DNA of 64,000 nt. Source: Tubulanus polymorphus (Eukaryota; Animalia; Nemertea). The stretch lies in contig NC_134032.1 in the NCBI RefSeq assembly GCF_964204645.1, positions 10,776,275-10,840,274 on the forward strand. The letters run 5' to 3'. Below the pieces are notes generated by a model that was not told the DNA's origin, searched no databases, and worked only from the letters and a program-made list of their open reading frames with translations. Shown in pieces: positions 1 through 12,810 of the stretch; positions within the stretch are counted from its first letter, which is position 1, and the number at the start of each line of letters is the position of its first letter. The translations under genes and the position numbers were made by a program.

Positions 1-119
1 CTTTTTTTTAGAAAAGCAGTATATTACAGTAGGTCAAAAATTATATCCAATCAAGTCATCAGACTGTCGGCGGCTGACAACTCCCACAGTCTGAAAGGTT
101 GATGGCGATGTGACACTAT

Positions 120-305
120 GAACACACCCTCAGAGAGTCCATACATATCCTTGGAGACCCAATACATCCTCAAAGACTCCAAACACACCCTCAGAGAGTC
201 CCAACACACCCCCAGAGAATCCCAACACATCCTTAGCGTCCCAATGCATCCTCAAAGACTCCACACACACCCTCAAAGAGTCCCGCCAACACATCTTTAC
301 AGTCC
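120..305. repeat. Degenerate ~20-21 bp minisatellite (aacacaccctcagagagtcc), about 9 copies
   Basis: Visible periodicity; last unit overlaps the exon 9 stop codon. Confidence 0.8.
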
Positions 306-580
306 GAGATTCATAGTTTTCAGTTCGTCGAGAATCTGCGAATGGTTTCGTCTCATGTGAGCTTTAAGCGTATCGAGTCGCGTGTACTGAGTAGCGCAGA
401 TCGCGCATTTGAACGCTTTACCCATCTGCACGTGTTGTACGAGCACGTGGCGTTTTAAATTGAAATTGTTCGCGCACACTTTATTGCACAGATGACACAC
501 GAACTTATCCACTCCGCCGCCGCCGTTGTTGTCGTCATGGAAATGACCTTGAAGTGGAGCGAATGGATTAAGAAGGTCAC
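297..580 (-). CDS. Alternative terminal exon 9 (most distal in window) of multi-isoform C2H2 gene; 2 C2H2 fingers
   Basis: Acceptor tcattccAG (582-581), phase 1, in frame with ORF 297-512; CHLC..RHVLVQH and CAIC..RLDTLKAHMRRNH; stop at 297. Confidence 0.85.
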
Positions 581-1407
581 CTGGAATGACAAGGAAGAGA
601 TAAATTTAGAAGAAAACAACAACGGCTTTTATTGTCTGCTCGCAATGGAAAGGGTTAACGATCAATAGACATTTTCAATATTCGAAAACTCTCAATACAT
701 TTGCTTCATTCTTTTGTAATTCCAGGTGACCTTCTAGTGTTGCTAGGATTTAGAATAGGCTAAAACAATTTGACTACTGGAGGTAGTTGCCCAGTAGCAT
801 CAGAGAAAACCCTCAATTCACTAATGTACCTAAATCCAACACTCTCAGATGAAAATGATACTAAGAAGGATGACTGTTCCGTATACACCATGCACCTGAA
901 CCTGTGCTGTAAGTCTGGTGTTTTGTCGGTCAAGAGATATTTCGGACAAGATTTTGTGCTCTAAATTCTATCCACAGAAGTTCAAGAAGTTGAAAAGACA
1001 ACAAATGAAAACAGAACGACACAATTTAGGAAAAATGATATAAAAATTTTGATTATTATTATTGGGCGAATAGTTTTTACAAGTAAAATTATTTTTCGGA
1101 GAATGACACGATTTAAACTTTATCGATATAGAATTTTCATCATTATTAGTCTCAAAGTTTTACAAATACAACAGCTTAATTTGGATGACCAGGGACTGCC
1201 CAGATATCTTTGAATTGATTAAAATGCGAAAATAAGATAATAATAGTTTACACGGTTCCAGGTTAAATGGACCAAATATTTCATCCGAATTAAGTAAAAA
1301 TCCGGATTAAAAAATTTGAATCAAGCAAGTTCAACAACTGTACAACTGTCATTCTTCGGTGGATATTCATTTCGTTTTCGATTACGGAGTCTTTTTCGAT
1401 CGTTCGT

Positions 1408-1880
1408 TCAATTTTGAAAGTTGTGCATTCCGACGAGCGGAGGAACGGCAGGCGGAGGATGCTTCGAATCGACGTGCGTTTTGAGGTTATCCGACCGCGA
1501 GAAACTACGCTCGCAAAACCGGCACTGATATCGCGTTTTGTCGAACATGTGAACGCCGGCGACGTGTCGATTCAGATTGAACAATTTACTGAACAATTTA
1601 TTACAAATCCGACAACGGAATCGCTTCAGGGCCGGCGGCGCTCCTCGACGACCGTCGCCGAACACCGGCGATCTGATGAACTCGACTTTATATAAAGATA
1701 AGTCCGACGACGTCGACGCAGCGGTCGGCGGATCGAGGCGACCGCGCTCGACGGGATTCTGTAACGCCTCGTACGGATCCGGCGCGCACCGATGACTCAT
1801 CGTCAAAGAATCTTCGTCCTTGTAATCCGTAGTTTCCAGATAAATGTCTGCGTTGTTGCCATGGTGATTGGCTCTCAGTC
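1408..1880 (-). CDS. Alternative terminal exon 8; 2 C2H2 fingers (Ttk/Fru-like HX4H)
   Basis: Acceptor catttttcAG (1882-1881), phase 1, open into ORF 1408-1806; CRIC..NLNRHVAGVH, CRFC..RSDNLKTHVDSKH. Confidence 0.85.
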
Positions 1881-3189
1881 CTGAAAAATGTCATATGGAA
1901 ACTACGGATTACTGAAATGCGTATGGCTGCGTGTATTCACTACGTGCATTAGGAAAAATAAAACATTACATGTGTATGAATATAGAAGATGGCTGTCTCT
2001 GCAAGTCCTCATATGACATCATCAAATTTTCATTTAGATCTATTAAAAATCTTAAAACTATACATTTTTATATACACATTGCTTTCACAATTTCCAAATA
2101 CAATTGACTAAGATTGGTGGATTTTCAAGGGCGGATCCAGAAGCCAATTTTGAAGGACTTGTCACATCCCAAAAAGGCACTTTGCTGTCCACAAAGGCAA
2201 TGTAGGGGCACTACTGCACTGAAATTCACCAATTATCTCTATTGACAAAAAAGAAAACAGCACTCGAAAAATTTGATGTAACTGTACAAGTGTCGAAGTC
2301 TTCCTGGATCCAACCCTCAATTGGACAGTGGTTATACAGTGGTTCATTCAGATTTGACTATAAAAACTTTCCCCCTTCATAGTAACGATGAATAAGAAGG
2401 GATTATGACATTTGTGGCGGAATAATTGACTATCGAATGCAACCATATTTTCTAAGAGGTTCTCCAGTGTTGGGAAATATAAACTAGCATCTAAAACCTC
2501 AGATTACAAAGAAACGGAGAGTTCGAAATCCTCTTGAGCCAAAAGCCTTTCTTCAAAGGAAAGGATGAGACCGACGAATCAACCGATACCGAATTACGCG
2601 ACACAGAAATATCAACATAACATGAAATATGTTTCTCGATGTGGTTGGATTTATTAAAATTGTTATAAACAGTTTTACACATGATATTTCTACAACATTT
2701 TAATAGATTTCCAGAAATATATATGAACCTCGTAAATACAATAGATGCGGTACAGCTGCTATGGTCAGTGGGGCCGCAGTTTCCTAGAAATATTCGAAGT
2801 ACACAAACCCGTGGGCGGGATTTCCCGGCAATTGCACCGTAGATAAGCGTTTTAGAAGCGGTGATCCAAACATTCAATTGCGATCCCGACACAGACAGAC
2901 CCCACCAGAACCACACACGCGCAATTATTCTATTTCATTCTATTACAATATCGACGATTAAAAGTGATTAAAGCATCACGAGCTATTTACAATTTAAAAT
3001 AATCATTTCTACATCCATATCGAAATAAACGCTTCTTATTCACTGAAAAACGTTCCCTCATTAGTAGCTGCAGTGGTTCCTGGTAAACCACCTCCTCTCA
3101 ACCTCACTCAGTTTGTCCAAATTAGTCAAGGTTTACTGTATGATACTACTTATGTATGACTCCTAGTAGTTGCGCCCAGTAAATGCTCG

Positions 3190-3328
3190 GATGTTACTTC
3201 TCCCCAGGGAGAGGATTAATACATGAATAGATAATAGGTAATAATACCAAGTTTGGAGCGCATTTGAACAGACTCTAGATTGGATACCTGCGCTATATAA
3301 ATAACAATTATGATTATTATCATCATTA
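3190..3328 (+). mobile_element. 3' fragment of the SINE family seen at 11332-11646
   Basis: ttctccccag...ggatacctgcgctata...(att)n tail shared with that copy. Confidence 0.6.
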
Positions 3329-3498
3329 CTTCTGTTTTATCAATATCAATTGCACACTATGTATTAACCATCAGGCTTTCACTCAGAAAAATACAAAGTT
3401 CATATTTGTCAACACAAATTTTCAGAATCGACTTCTTTTTTCCACTCCCACCTATCGGAAGGCATCAGAGTTAAGGGCATTCGGAAAGTATAGTCGAC

Positions 3499-3570
3499 CA
3501 CCTCGGCTGGGACTTGAACCCGGGTCTTCAGTTTGCAAGACGAATGCTCTACCAGTTGAGCTACCCGGGC
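3499..3570 (-). mobile_element. tRNA-derived SINE head / pseudo-tRNA
   Basis: A box TAGCTCAACTGGTAGAGC and B box GGTTCAAGTCC, but acceptor and anticodon stems do not pair. Confidence 0.65.
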
Positions 3571-3751
3571 AGATTGACTACTGATATTTCCTGCGATATT
3601 CCTTGCTTTCCTGGCACTGGCTAAGATATCTAAATTATATCTACCCGTACAACGATCCCTGAATGCCTTACGTGTATAAAAATCTGAATTTGCCGCGCGC
3701 AAAATATGAGGCAACCGTACGCACTGACGGGCACAAAGCCCTGAGGGATTT

Positions 3752-3990
3752 CTATGTGGGTAACACCGGATAACCGGGCGGCAATTCGAACCCGTGTCGC
3801 AGCCGGATGTGACAGCGTAACGCGTCTTTGCGATTGAAACGTTTTTTGCACACCATACACTCGTACGGTTTCAGTCCGGTGTGTATTAACAAGTGTCGGT
3901 TCAGGTGGCCCGTACGCGAGAAAAACTTCCCGCAAACGTGACATTCGAGAGACGGCGCCGGCGCTGCCCGAGCCGGCCGAGTGACCGCAT
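3752..3990 (-). CDS. Alternative terminal exon 7; 2 C2H2 fingers + HGFELP tail
   Basis: Acceptor ctattttcAG (3992-3991), phase 1 in frame; HTGLKPYEC linker; RKDALRCH. Confidence 0.88.
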
Positions 3991-4214
3991 CTGAAAATAG
4001 CCAAAAATGCGTAGAATTAGATATGTCTTTCGAGCGAGGAATTTCGGGTAAGTTTTTATTTTGGTCCCCCGTTAAAAGATTCGGCGGAAACCCGGCCGGC
4101 GAAAGCACGTGCGCGCAGAACCACGTTTTCTTTCAAAATTCACATTTTGGAGATCGAATGAAATAAATAAATAAAAAGTAATAAATAACTCGAAGAGTCG
4201 CGTCGAAATTTTTT

Positions 4215-4630
4215 TTATCCTTCGTCGCTTTGATTCAACAGCGGATCGAATAGATACGCCTGCTCGTCGCCGGTGACGCGCGCGGCAGACGGATCGTCGC
4301 CGGCGCCGGTGACCGTCGTTGTCGTCCGCCGCTCTCCCTCGTTATCATCGGCCGCCACCGTCAGCGGATATCGCCACGGCAACTCGAACCCATGCTGCAA
4401 ACGGATGTGGTTGCGCACGTTGTCGCGGCGATTGAAGCGTTTTTTGCAGACGATACATCCGTACGGTTTCTCGCCGGTGTGTATGAACGTGTGACGCGCC
4501 AGGTGGCGCTTCGTCGAGTAACATTTGCCGCAAATCGGGCAACTAAATTCCGAGTTCGTTCGCCGCCGGGCGTTGGTGTCCGCGATGCGCCGCTGTTGTC
4601 CCGCGAACGGCGTCGTTGTTGTCGGGGCCC
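4215..4630 (-). CDS. Alternative terminal exon 6; 2 C2H2 fingers + HGFELP tail
   Basis: Acceptor ctttttcAG (4632-4631), phase 1 in frame; HTGEKPYGC linker; RRDNVRNH. Confidence 0.88.
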
Positions 4631-4959
4631 CTGAAAAAGCCATACACAAAAATTACTGGAAAATTTTCTAACGAAGTTCAATCGCAGCCCGAAAAACCGG
4701 GTTCTTACATCTTAAACATGTACATAGCTTTTCAGGGCCCCGTGAACAGCAATTCTGGGGTTTGAACCCGACGCTCATAATCCACTACGACACAAACACC
4801 GGACATTTACATCCGTCTGAATACAAGATGTTTTTACGCTCCCAAACACTGGTTAGGTACTTAAGTAGACATTTACATAGCTTTAAGGTCAATTTTAGAC
4901 AAATTTCGTCACTTCACGGTCAGCTGGAGTAACTCTGCACTTTAACTGATTCGCCAATC

Positions 4960-5170
4960 GAAGGTCAATTTAACTCGCGAGTCGTTTCAACGTCACTTTA
5001 TCTTATGAGTCGTTTCGAGGTTGCTTTAACTTGTGAGTCATTTCAAGGTCATGTAGATGAGAAGTTTCATGGTAACTTTCTCTTACGAGTCATTTCAAGG
5101 TCAAGGTCGCTTAATCTTATGAGTCAGTACAAGGCCATGTAAACTTATGAGTAATTTCAAGGTCACTTAA
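4960..5170. repeat. Degenerate ~29-bp minisatellite (cttatgagtcatttcaaggtca...) in 3'UTR of exon 5
   Basis: About 7 units of gagtc(a/g)tttcaaggtc. Confidence 0.7.
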
Positions 5171-5204
5171 ACGCGGACGTAGTTTCATGATTTACGCGCA
5201 AGTT

Positions 5205-5506
5205 TTAATCGTCGGCGGGTTTCAACGACCAGCTGAGCGGCACCTCGAACCCGTGAGTCAGTTTTATGTGGTGGCGCACGTAGTCTTTGCGGTTGAAGCG
5301 TTTTTTACAGACGATACACTCGAACGGCCGGTATCCGGTGTGTATGATCAGGTGACGCGTCAGGTGACTCGACGACGAGAACGTTTTACCGCAAACCGTG
5401 CACGGGTTGCTACGCGGGTGATAGTTGCTATGACTACTAACGGCCTCCGACTGACGACCAGCCGACGAGCGGGCTGAGGCGGAGGACACGATTCGAAGAT
5501 CGAATT
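5205..5506 (-). CDS. Alternative terminal exon 5; 2 C2H2 fingers + HGFEVP tail
   Basis: Acceptor ttttctttcAG (5508-5507), phase 1 in frame; HTGYRPFEC linker; RKDYVRHH. Confidence 0.88.
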
Positions 5507-7828
5507 CTGAAAGAAAAAATCGAAAAATGCCGATAATTACTACGAACCAAGGATTGCCCTCATATCTTTCTTTCATCCAGTGCCGGAAGGAGTTATATCC
5601 AGTCAGTTTTCTATGCTTTACGGTCCTAGCATACCTTACAACCCCAATGCAAACTTCGGATTATGTAACTAGCGGTCGCTATCAATCTAAGCTCACTACA
5701 GTTTGGTCTTAAGCATTTTCGCAGTGTCCGCCATCTTGGAATTACAGTGACCGTGTTCAGTTGCCTGGTTCACCATTTTTTGTTACTAAATGACAATTGG
5801 TTTCACTTAGTTTGCGAATAGTCGACTAATTCCAAAAACTGATCATTCATTCAAATGTGTGATATACCAACATACTAAAGGTTCTTAGTCAAATTTGTCT
5901 TAGTTTTCGCCACTGTTTCTGGCAATGTCTGTGGATTCTACGGTCATTGTGGTAGAATTCTTCATACTCGGGTCATGAGATGATTAATCGAAACCCTCTG
6001 CCGCTTGGCAAGAAGTTCGATTTCAGGATTGCCCCAGTGCTTGCACGTTGAGCCTCAGCCAAAGAGTCGGATCGCGACAAAAGGGGTGGCACATCTAGTC
6101 TTAGATCGAGGTCGATGAAGCTGCCGAGCTAGATGCAACCTTCTAGATGTTCTCACAGATATTAGACGGATAGGACTAATATTTCCGAAGAATGAAATTG
6201 GAATTCGTCGTCGGCTTCGGAAATTGAAACAATTCCTTCTCGAAAGATGTTCATCCTACTTTCCCGAAAACGACATCAAATATCAAATACGAAAAGCCAA
6301 CTTACGTTTTTTTATCTATCAATTTCGATATCGACTTTTTTATTCATCCATTTATTACACATTTTTACACGAATTACTTCGAGGTTATTTTCATCCGTTT
6401 ACAAAAGTAAATAAAAATATATTCATATACATATATGTATATATACATAAAATATCAATTACTACTAGAACCTGGTATAATATTCCTCTAATTAGTCGTA
6501 GTTCGTTAAGTTTAATGAACTAAATATTCTCTTAAAATTTTCACATCTTGAATTGATATCTAATATGACTGTACATAGAATATCCGGATTATATATATAT
6601 ATATATAAGTAGTATACACGAACATTTCATAAATACCAAAGTAAAAATGTTAAAACTGTTCAAAGCACTGAATTGTCAGTATCCGGGGCAGTTCCACAAA
6701 AACGAAAAATTTAACACTTAAATCGATTCAATTTCTTCACTATCTAGTTAATCTTAACTTTTTGAGTGCGTTTACACTGCAGTACGGCGTATATATCGGT
6801 GATGTACTTCACTAATACACCGCATTATGGTGTTTCGATGTAATAAGTAATTCGTTTCGTATCTCCATTAAAAGATGGCAGCACCCGTCAAACTTGGTGA
6901 TATATTAGTAACCCAGTATGGCGGTCAGATAGTCAGCACAGAAAGGGTTTTATCGATTTAGCAGTTGAACTTTTTTATGAAACTGGGTGCCGAACAAACT
7001 TGATCATTGTCGGTTCATAATAAACTGTATATCCAACATACAAACATTAAAAAAAACAAATCATAAAATCCTAAAACACAGGTTTTGATATACATTTTTT
7101 GTTGATGAAAAAAAGTCTAATAAAATGAAGTCATCAGTTGCCGGAACTTGACACAAAGAATCCTGCTTAAATCCTGTAGTTAGGGGCCGTCAATGAAGTA
7201 TGTTTATGCAAAATTAGCCTATTTTAAAGCATCAGAATTTTTGCCTTGCCTCCCTGAGGATGCATGGATGCATGCAATTCCAACATATAATGGTCTATTT
7301 GACCCCTAACAGTGGACGGCTAGTAAAATTAAAGGGATACTTCGTATCGAAAAAAAAATGCAGACATTCTGGTTTACATTGCATGCCCCCCTCAGGGGCG
7401 ATCTGATTAACACAACCACTCCCCATCCCCCGCCCCTGACCATAATATGGTCATGGATATGTGCAAATTTCATTTATCCGGGTATTTCATTTTCTTAAAA
7501 CTATTCTATCGTTTCATGGAACCTCGCTAAAACAAATTACCCTTTTTCGTCCCAATATCCGACAAGTACCATGATACCAATTGTAATTGGGCTAATGAAC
7601 TATCACTTAAAAGACCGATTCCCTGAATTCAAAATAAAGTCTTCAATAAGAAATGGTCATTAAAGCTTAACGTGATTAATTTGCAGACAAGAACTTTAGG
7701 AGTCCGGTTTAAAAAGGTTCCACATAGGTATCCTAAAATGCAGTTAAATTCGAATGAATCTTGTAAAGGAGTATCGGCCAATAGGAACGAGCGTTACTGG
7801 CGGTATCAGCCAATAGGAGCGAGCGTTA

Positions 7829-8082
7829 CTACATCGGCTGAATCGAGTATCCGAACGGCAAATCGAAGCCGTGACAGTGCCGCACGTGGCAGCGCAGTTT
7901 GTCTTTGCGCGCGAAACGTTTTTGACAGACCATACATTCGAACGGTTTGACTCCGCTGTGTATCAACAGGTGGCGCTTCAAGTTATACGCGTTCTTAAAA
8001 TATTTACCACATTGCGAACAGTATTGTACGACCGAGCCGGACGAGGTTTGACTGCCGAACATACAGGACTGCGGCTGTGCCC
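7829..8082 (-). CDS. Alternative terminal exon 4; 2 C2H2 fingers + HGFDLP tail
   Basis: Acceptor tgccgtttcAG (8084-8083), phase 1 in frame with ORF 7829-8062; HSGVKPFEC linker; RKDKLRCH. Confidence 0.88.
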
Positions 8083-9352
8083 CTGAAACGGCACAAAAAT
8101 ATATAATAATTACTAACTGATCAACATTATTAATTAATTACTATTCGGTGCTAATAAACTACGAATCTACTACGCTTCGTTTAGGGTTAAAAAAAAAAAT
8201 ATGGCTGCAAAGCAGTTATAATGGGTTTTTCTGCGTTGCCGGTTCACAACGAGGTAAACAAAGTTTCATTGGAATTGCGGCCATTATCAGTACAACGAAT
8301 AGGGTTTTTTTGTAGGAGCGCCACCTAGGGGTCAAAACACGTATTATACGTGCGGTGCAATACGGGTTACTAAATACAAAGTTTATTCATCTATACACTC
8401 CCCTGGTATAGATAACGATTTTCAAATTCTTTTGATTATAATAGCTACGTAATCGTGAACATCGACCCAGTACGGGGAGTTGGAAAAAAAATTGAATCGC
8501 AAGTGAAATCTGCGACTCGTGGAAATTGGACGAAAACATTTTGCAAATGAGCAGGCCCGATCTCTCAACGAGTTCATAATAGCTAAACGATCAAATATTT
8601 TTTGCTCCCATTGCTGAATACGGAATCATCATACAACGCCGCCGTACGAATATTGATTAGACTTTAGCTTATCTAATGAAATGCCCATTAGGAATGTTTC
8701 GGATATAAAAATACTGGACTCAGTCGCACGGTCATGACTTAATGCGCACAAGTTGTCGTCTTCAAATCACAAGACTTAAATCGTAAGTAGTTAGATCGGT
8801 TATGGATGTAACTTCTTAAATTCAAGCCATGACGGTGTAACTTCGCTAGCTCAATTCACGCATCTTAATTACGATGATCACTTTTGGATTTCTAACGGAT
8901 AAAAAAATGGCCAGCCAGCAGTCCCGAAAAAAGCGGGTTTAGCAGTCAAAGGATTAATCAATATCAATTATACAAAAAATACCGAATAAAAAAATGCGCT
9001 CGGCAATAAAACTTAACAACATAGAGTTCTTCGGCTAAAATTCTATCACTCGTAACATTCAATTGAATTTTTGATTTATTCAATAATGGAAAGGGCCAGC
9101 CAGCAGTCCGAGAATTTGCAAGTTTAGCAGTCAAAGGATTAATTGATATGTTATCGATAACACAAAATTTATACCAAATAAAAAAACGCTCGGCAAAAAT
9201 GTACAAAACACGAGATCTCCTAAAATTCAAGAACTTTTTCAGAAATTGTGGATTTATCATATCAGTCAATAAAACATGAGGCCCAACCGGCAGTCCTGAG
9301 AAATGGTGGAATTCGAGACGATGGGTTTATCGATTGGAATTCGCGAGCGGAA

Positions 9353-9906
9353 TTATTCAGGGTTAGCCGGTACGGGATAGCCCTGCGGCAGCTCGAATCC
9401 GTGCCGCGTGCGTATGTGCACGCGCAGGTGATCCTTGCGTTGGAATCGCTTCTTGCACACCATGCACTCGAACGGTTTGACGCCGGTGTGAATCAGCGAG
9501 TGCCGCGTGACGAGCTGTTTCGACGAGAATCCTTTACCGCACGTCGTGCACGCGTACGACGTCTGAATCGCGAACACCGCGCCCGAGTTCGCGCCGCCAA
9601 CCTTCGTACGCGCGTTACCCTTACTCGCCGGCGACCGCGTCCCGCCGCGTCCTCGACCCTTCGCGGCGACCGGCGTTGACCGATTCCGTCGCGTCGGCGT
9701 CGACGTCAAGTTGTAGTCGTCGTAATCCGGTTGCCGGTAGTCGGTCGACTGGTCGATGTTCTCGTACGCGAAGTAGTCGGCGTTACCGGGAAACACGGGT
9801 TGTTGTTGCTGTTGCAGATGACCGCCGTAAATATCGTCGTCGAAGTCCGGCGGCATCTGCTCCTGCAGTTGTTGCTGCTGTTCGATTTTCAGGCCGTCAG
9901 GTAAAC
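9353..9906 (-). CDS. Alternative terminal exon 3; Q-rich linker + 2 C2H2 fingers + HGFELP tail
   Basis: Acceptor tgccgtttcAG (9908-9907), phase 1 in frame with ORF 9353-9856; HTGVKPFEC linker; RKDHLRVH. Confidence 0.88.
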
Positions 9907-10479
9907 CTGAAACGGCAGAAAATAGAACAGGTTACAACAACAACTTACACGTCACCCGAGGACTTGGAAACGTCCGAGCAACCCTTTTCGCTCGTTTACG
10001 CGACTTCGGGCGTCTGGTTTTATTACCGCGGGAGGTTTAGAAAATCACGTCGCGAATCATAAAATCTTATCGAATTTCGAAATACACCGCGATCACGTAA
10101 CAATCAGGTACCGGCGACACAGCGCCATCTGGCAACCAGCCTACTGGATGGATGACGCGCGACTTAATAACAGCAGGTCTTACGCGCCGAATAAACGGTG
10201 GCCGTCGTGATCTCACGAGAGTCCGCGCGATAAAAATGCCCTCTTTTCTCTGCTGCTTTTATTCCACGAAAATATCTTCAATTTTTCCGTCCTCGCAACA
10301 TTTGCTTGAAAGCTCAATACAGCATTGATAAATCCAACAAGACAACCACCTAAACATCCATCCATGCTTACGGTGTGGATCTTCACCAAACAAGGTCGTA
10401 CGTGAACCGCCCCCAATGATTAAGGTGCGCAGGGATAACATCCTAATGGAGTCCAGTACGGGTTAAAACCCTCTTAGTA

Positions 10480-10945
10480 GGTTGCATGGGACTATCCCGG
10501 CTCACTTTGAACACAGTAAGGGGTTCCCCACGTAGTAGACACGACAGGACTAACCCCGCTCACTCGGTTGACTGTACAGGACTAGCCCTGCTTATTGAAT
10601 AGACTGTACGAGATAAACCCCGCTCACGGACAGTACAGGGTTCCCCTCGTAGTAGGCTGTACGGGACTAGCCCCGCTCACCGAGAAGACAGTAAGGGGTT
10701 CCCCTTGTAGTAGACTGTACGGGGATACCCCGCTCACTGAGTAGACTGTACGGGGATACCCCGCTCACTGAGTAGACTGTACGGGGATACCCCGCTCACT
10801 CAGTAGACTGTACGGGGATACCCCGCTCACTGAGTAGACTGTACGGGGATACCCCGCTCACTCAGTAGACTGTACGGGGATACCCCGCTCACTCAGTAGA
10901 CTGTACGGGGATACCCCGCTCACTCAGTAGACTGTACGGGGTAAC
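10480..10945. repeat. 31-bp minisatellite GTAGACTGTACGGGGATACCCCGCTCACT(G/C)A
   Basis: Seven near-perfect units 10710-10926 plus degenerate units to about 10480; first unit is the end of exon 2 CDS. Confidence 0.95.
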
Positions 10946-11239
10946 CCTGCGGCAACTCGAACCCGTGACACGAGCGTATGTGAACGCGCAGGACGTCTTT
11001 GCGATTGAAACGTTTTTTGCACACCATACACTCGAACGGTTTCAGCCCGGTGTGTATGAACATGTGACGCGTGACGAGTTGACGCGACGAGAATCCCTTC
11101 CCGCAGGTGGCGCAGTTGTACACGACGGCCGTCGAGTATCCGCCGGTCGCCGCCGCCGCTGAACTCGAGGAGGTCGGAAGCTTCGTCGGTGTTTTGTTGG
11201 TTTTCGTGCCTCTTCGGTTATTTTGGCGACTGCCGACGC
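10920..11239 (-). CDS. Alternative terminal exon 2; 2 C2H2 fingers + HGFELP tail
   Basis: Acceptor tgccttttcAG (11241-11240), phase 1 in frame with ORF 10920-11123; HTGLKPFEC linker; RKDVLRVH. Confidence 0.88.
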
Positions 11240-11331
11240 CTGAAAAGGCACAAAAACCGACATATTAATCCGACGGAGCAAATTACAAAAAGCCGCGCAG
11301 ATTGTTCGTTTTTCGAGGGGGGAGGGTTAAT

Positions 11332-11646
11332 GAATAATAATAATAATAGTGTCGATATAGCGCAGGTATCCTAACCAGTCCAGTTCAAACCCGTTAATTT
11401 GATATCATTACCCCTCGCCTATAACTCTATTTTCTGTATCAGTCATCTCTCGCTGGGGAGAAGTTACATCATCCCAGCAACTACCGGGCGCATCTATCTA
11501 AGGAGTCATCTATCAGGCCAGGTACCCATTTACTCCTGGGCGGATAGAGGCAATGAGGATGTCTTGCCCACTACGGTAATATACGGGTTCGAACCCACGA
11601 CCAGGCTTCCCAAGGAGTCAAACACTCTAACCACTCAGCCACACCA
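11332..11646 (-). mobile_element. tRNA-derived SINE
   Basis: Head GGTGTGGCTGAGTGGTTAGAG...GGTTCGAACCC, central ccaggagtaaatgggtacc, tail tgcgctata..(ATT)n. Confidence 0.75.
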
Positions 11647-12561
11647 CTTTGAGGGTAAGTAGATTGTCACCGATTCATACACCATGGTGCAGTCCATATA
11701 TTTCTATGATTTTTTCTTTGTGGGAGGCGGTCACAAACCTACAAGTCCGAGCACAGGAATATTCTAATCCGACAGAAATATAGCGATATAAGGAGACGGA
11801 GCCATTTCTTACTTTTTGTTGGCGGGAATATCACGAGGTCTCCTAACGTCGTGGATACAATCATTAGAAATGCCGGGGATGTATTTGGCAGCTATGAAAT
11901 GTTATCGACGTTTGGGGAGGGGATATTCCTCGTCGTAACAACTCTAACAAAGACCATAGACAAACCGTCTTCAAGGGGCGGATTCAGGGGGACAGGTGAG
12001 ACTTGTACGAGTCCATCTTTTTTCGAGTACCCTTTCTCGTCGTGTCAACAAAGATAATTGGCGCATTTCAGTACGGCAGTGCGCCTTATATTTCCCTCGT
12101 GTGACAAGTCCTTGAAAATTTGCACCTGGATCCGTGCGCACTCTTGAAATTGCAAAAACAAACAAACGATAAAATCGTGAAAAATTATATTATATAAATT
12201 TATCTTTGATTATCGTCGAATCAGCTAAACGTACATACATCGTACTATAACGATATATCCATACATAGAATATTTGATTATTTTTTTCCCTCGATTTTAA
12301 GTTAATGTCGATTACAACGATTTCTGAACTGGAAGAATTTGCCTACTTTTTGCCCACGCGGCAAACACAGCCTGCCGGCATATACAACAACAAAAAACCA
12401 CTCGCCCAATTTTCATCAAAATTTTCTTTAAAAACTCATGCACAATCACATTAAAACAACATATTTACGCTAAATCATCTCGTTTAAGTATCTTGACTGC
12501 ACGCGATTCTAAATTACACATTTGACCAGAGGTCCCTCCCAGATATCAAAATCAGGTAAAA

Positions 12562-12810
12562 GGTGCGATCACACGTAGACGATTTCGCCCAGGTCAAACT
12601 GGTCCGGACTAGGCCGAATTAAATTTGGCCCGTGCTCAAGTAGAGAGCGCATTCACGTAAATGTAAATTAATACTTTGTCGCAGTTACTTCCAGAACTGG
12701 TTACCATTCAGATGGAGTAATTCAAAAGATACCTAAGTTCGGCACGGACATCTACAATACCAGCCAATTTGACCAGGGTAAGAAATGCTTACGTGCCATC
12801 GCAACCAAAG
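12562..12810. mobile_element. MITE-like element (gcgatcacacg termini), related copy at 44917-45105 in opposite orientation
   Basis: Shared aaatttggccc and gagcgca motifs; imperfect TIRs. Confidence 0.55.

Noticed and set aside
3499-3570. Functional tRNA gene
   Set aside because: A and B boxes present, but acceptor and anticodon stems do not pair; treated as a SINE head.
10480-10945. CRISPR-like regular palindromic repeats
   Set aside because: Head-to-tail units with no unique spacers, eukaryotic context, no cas genes.
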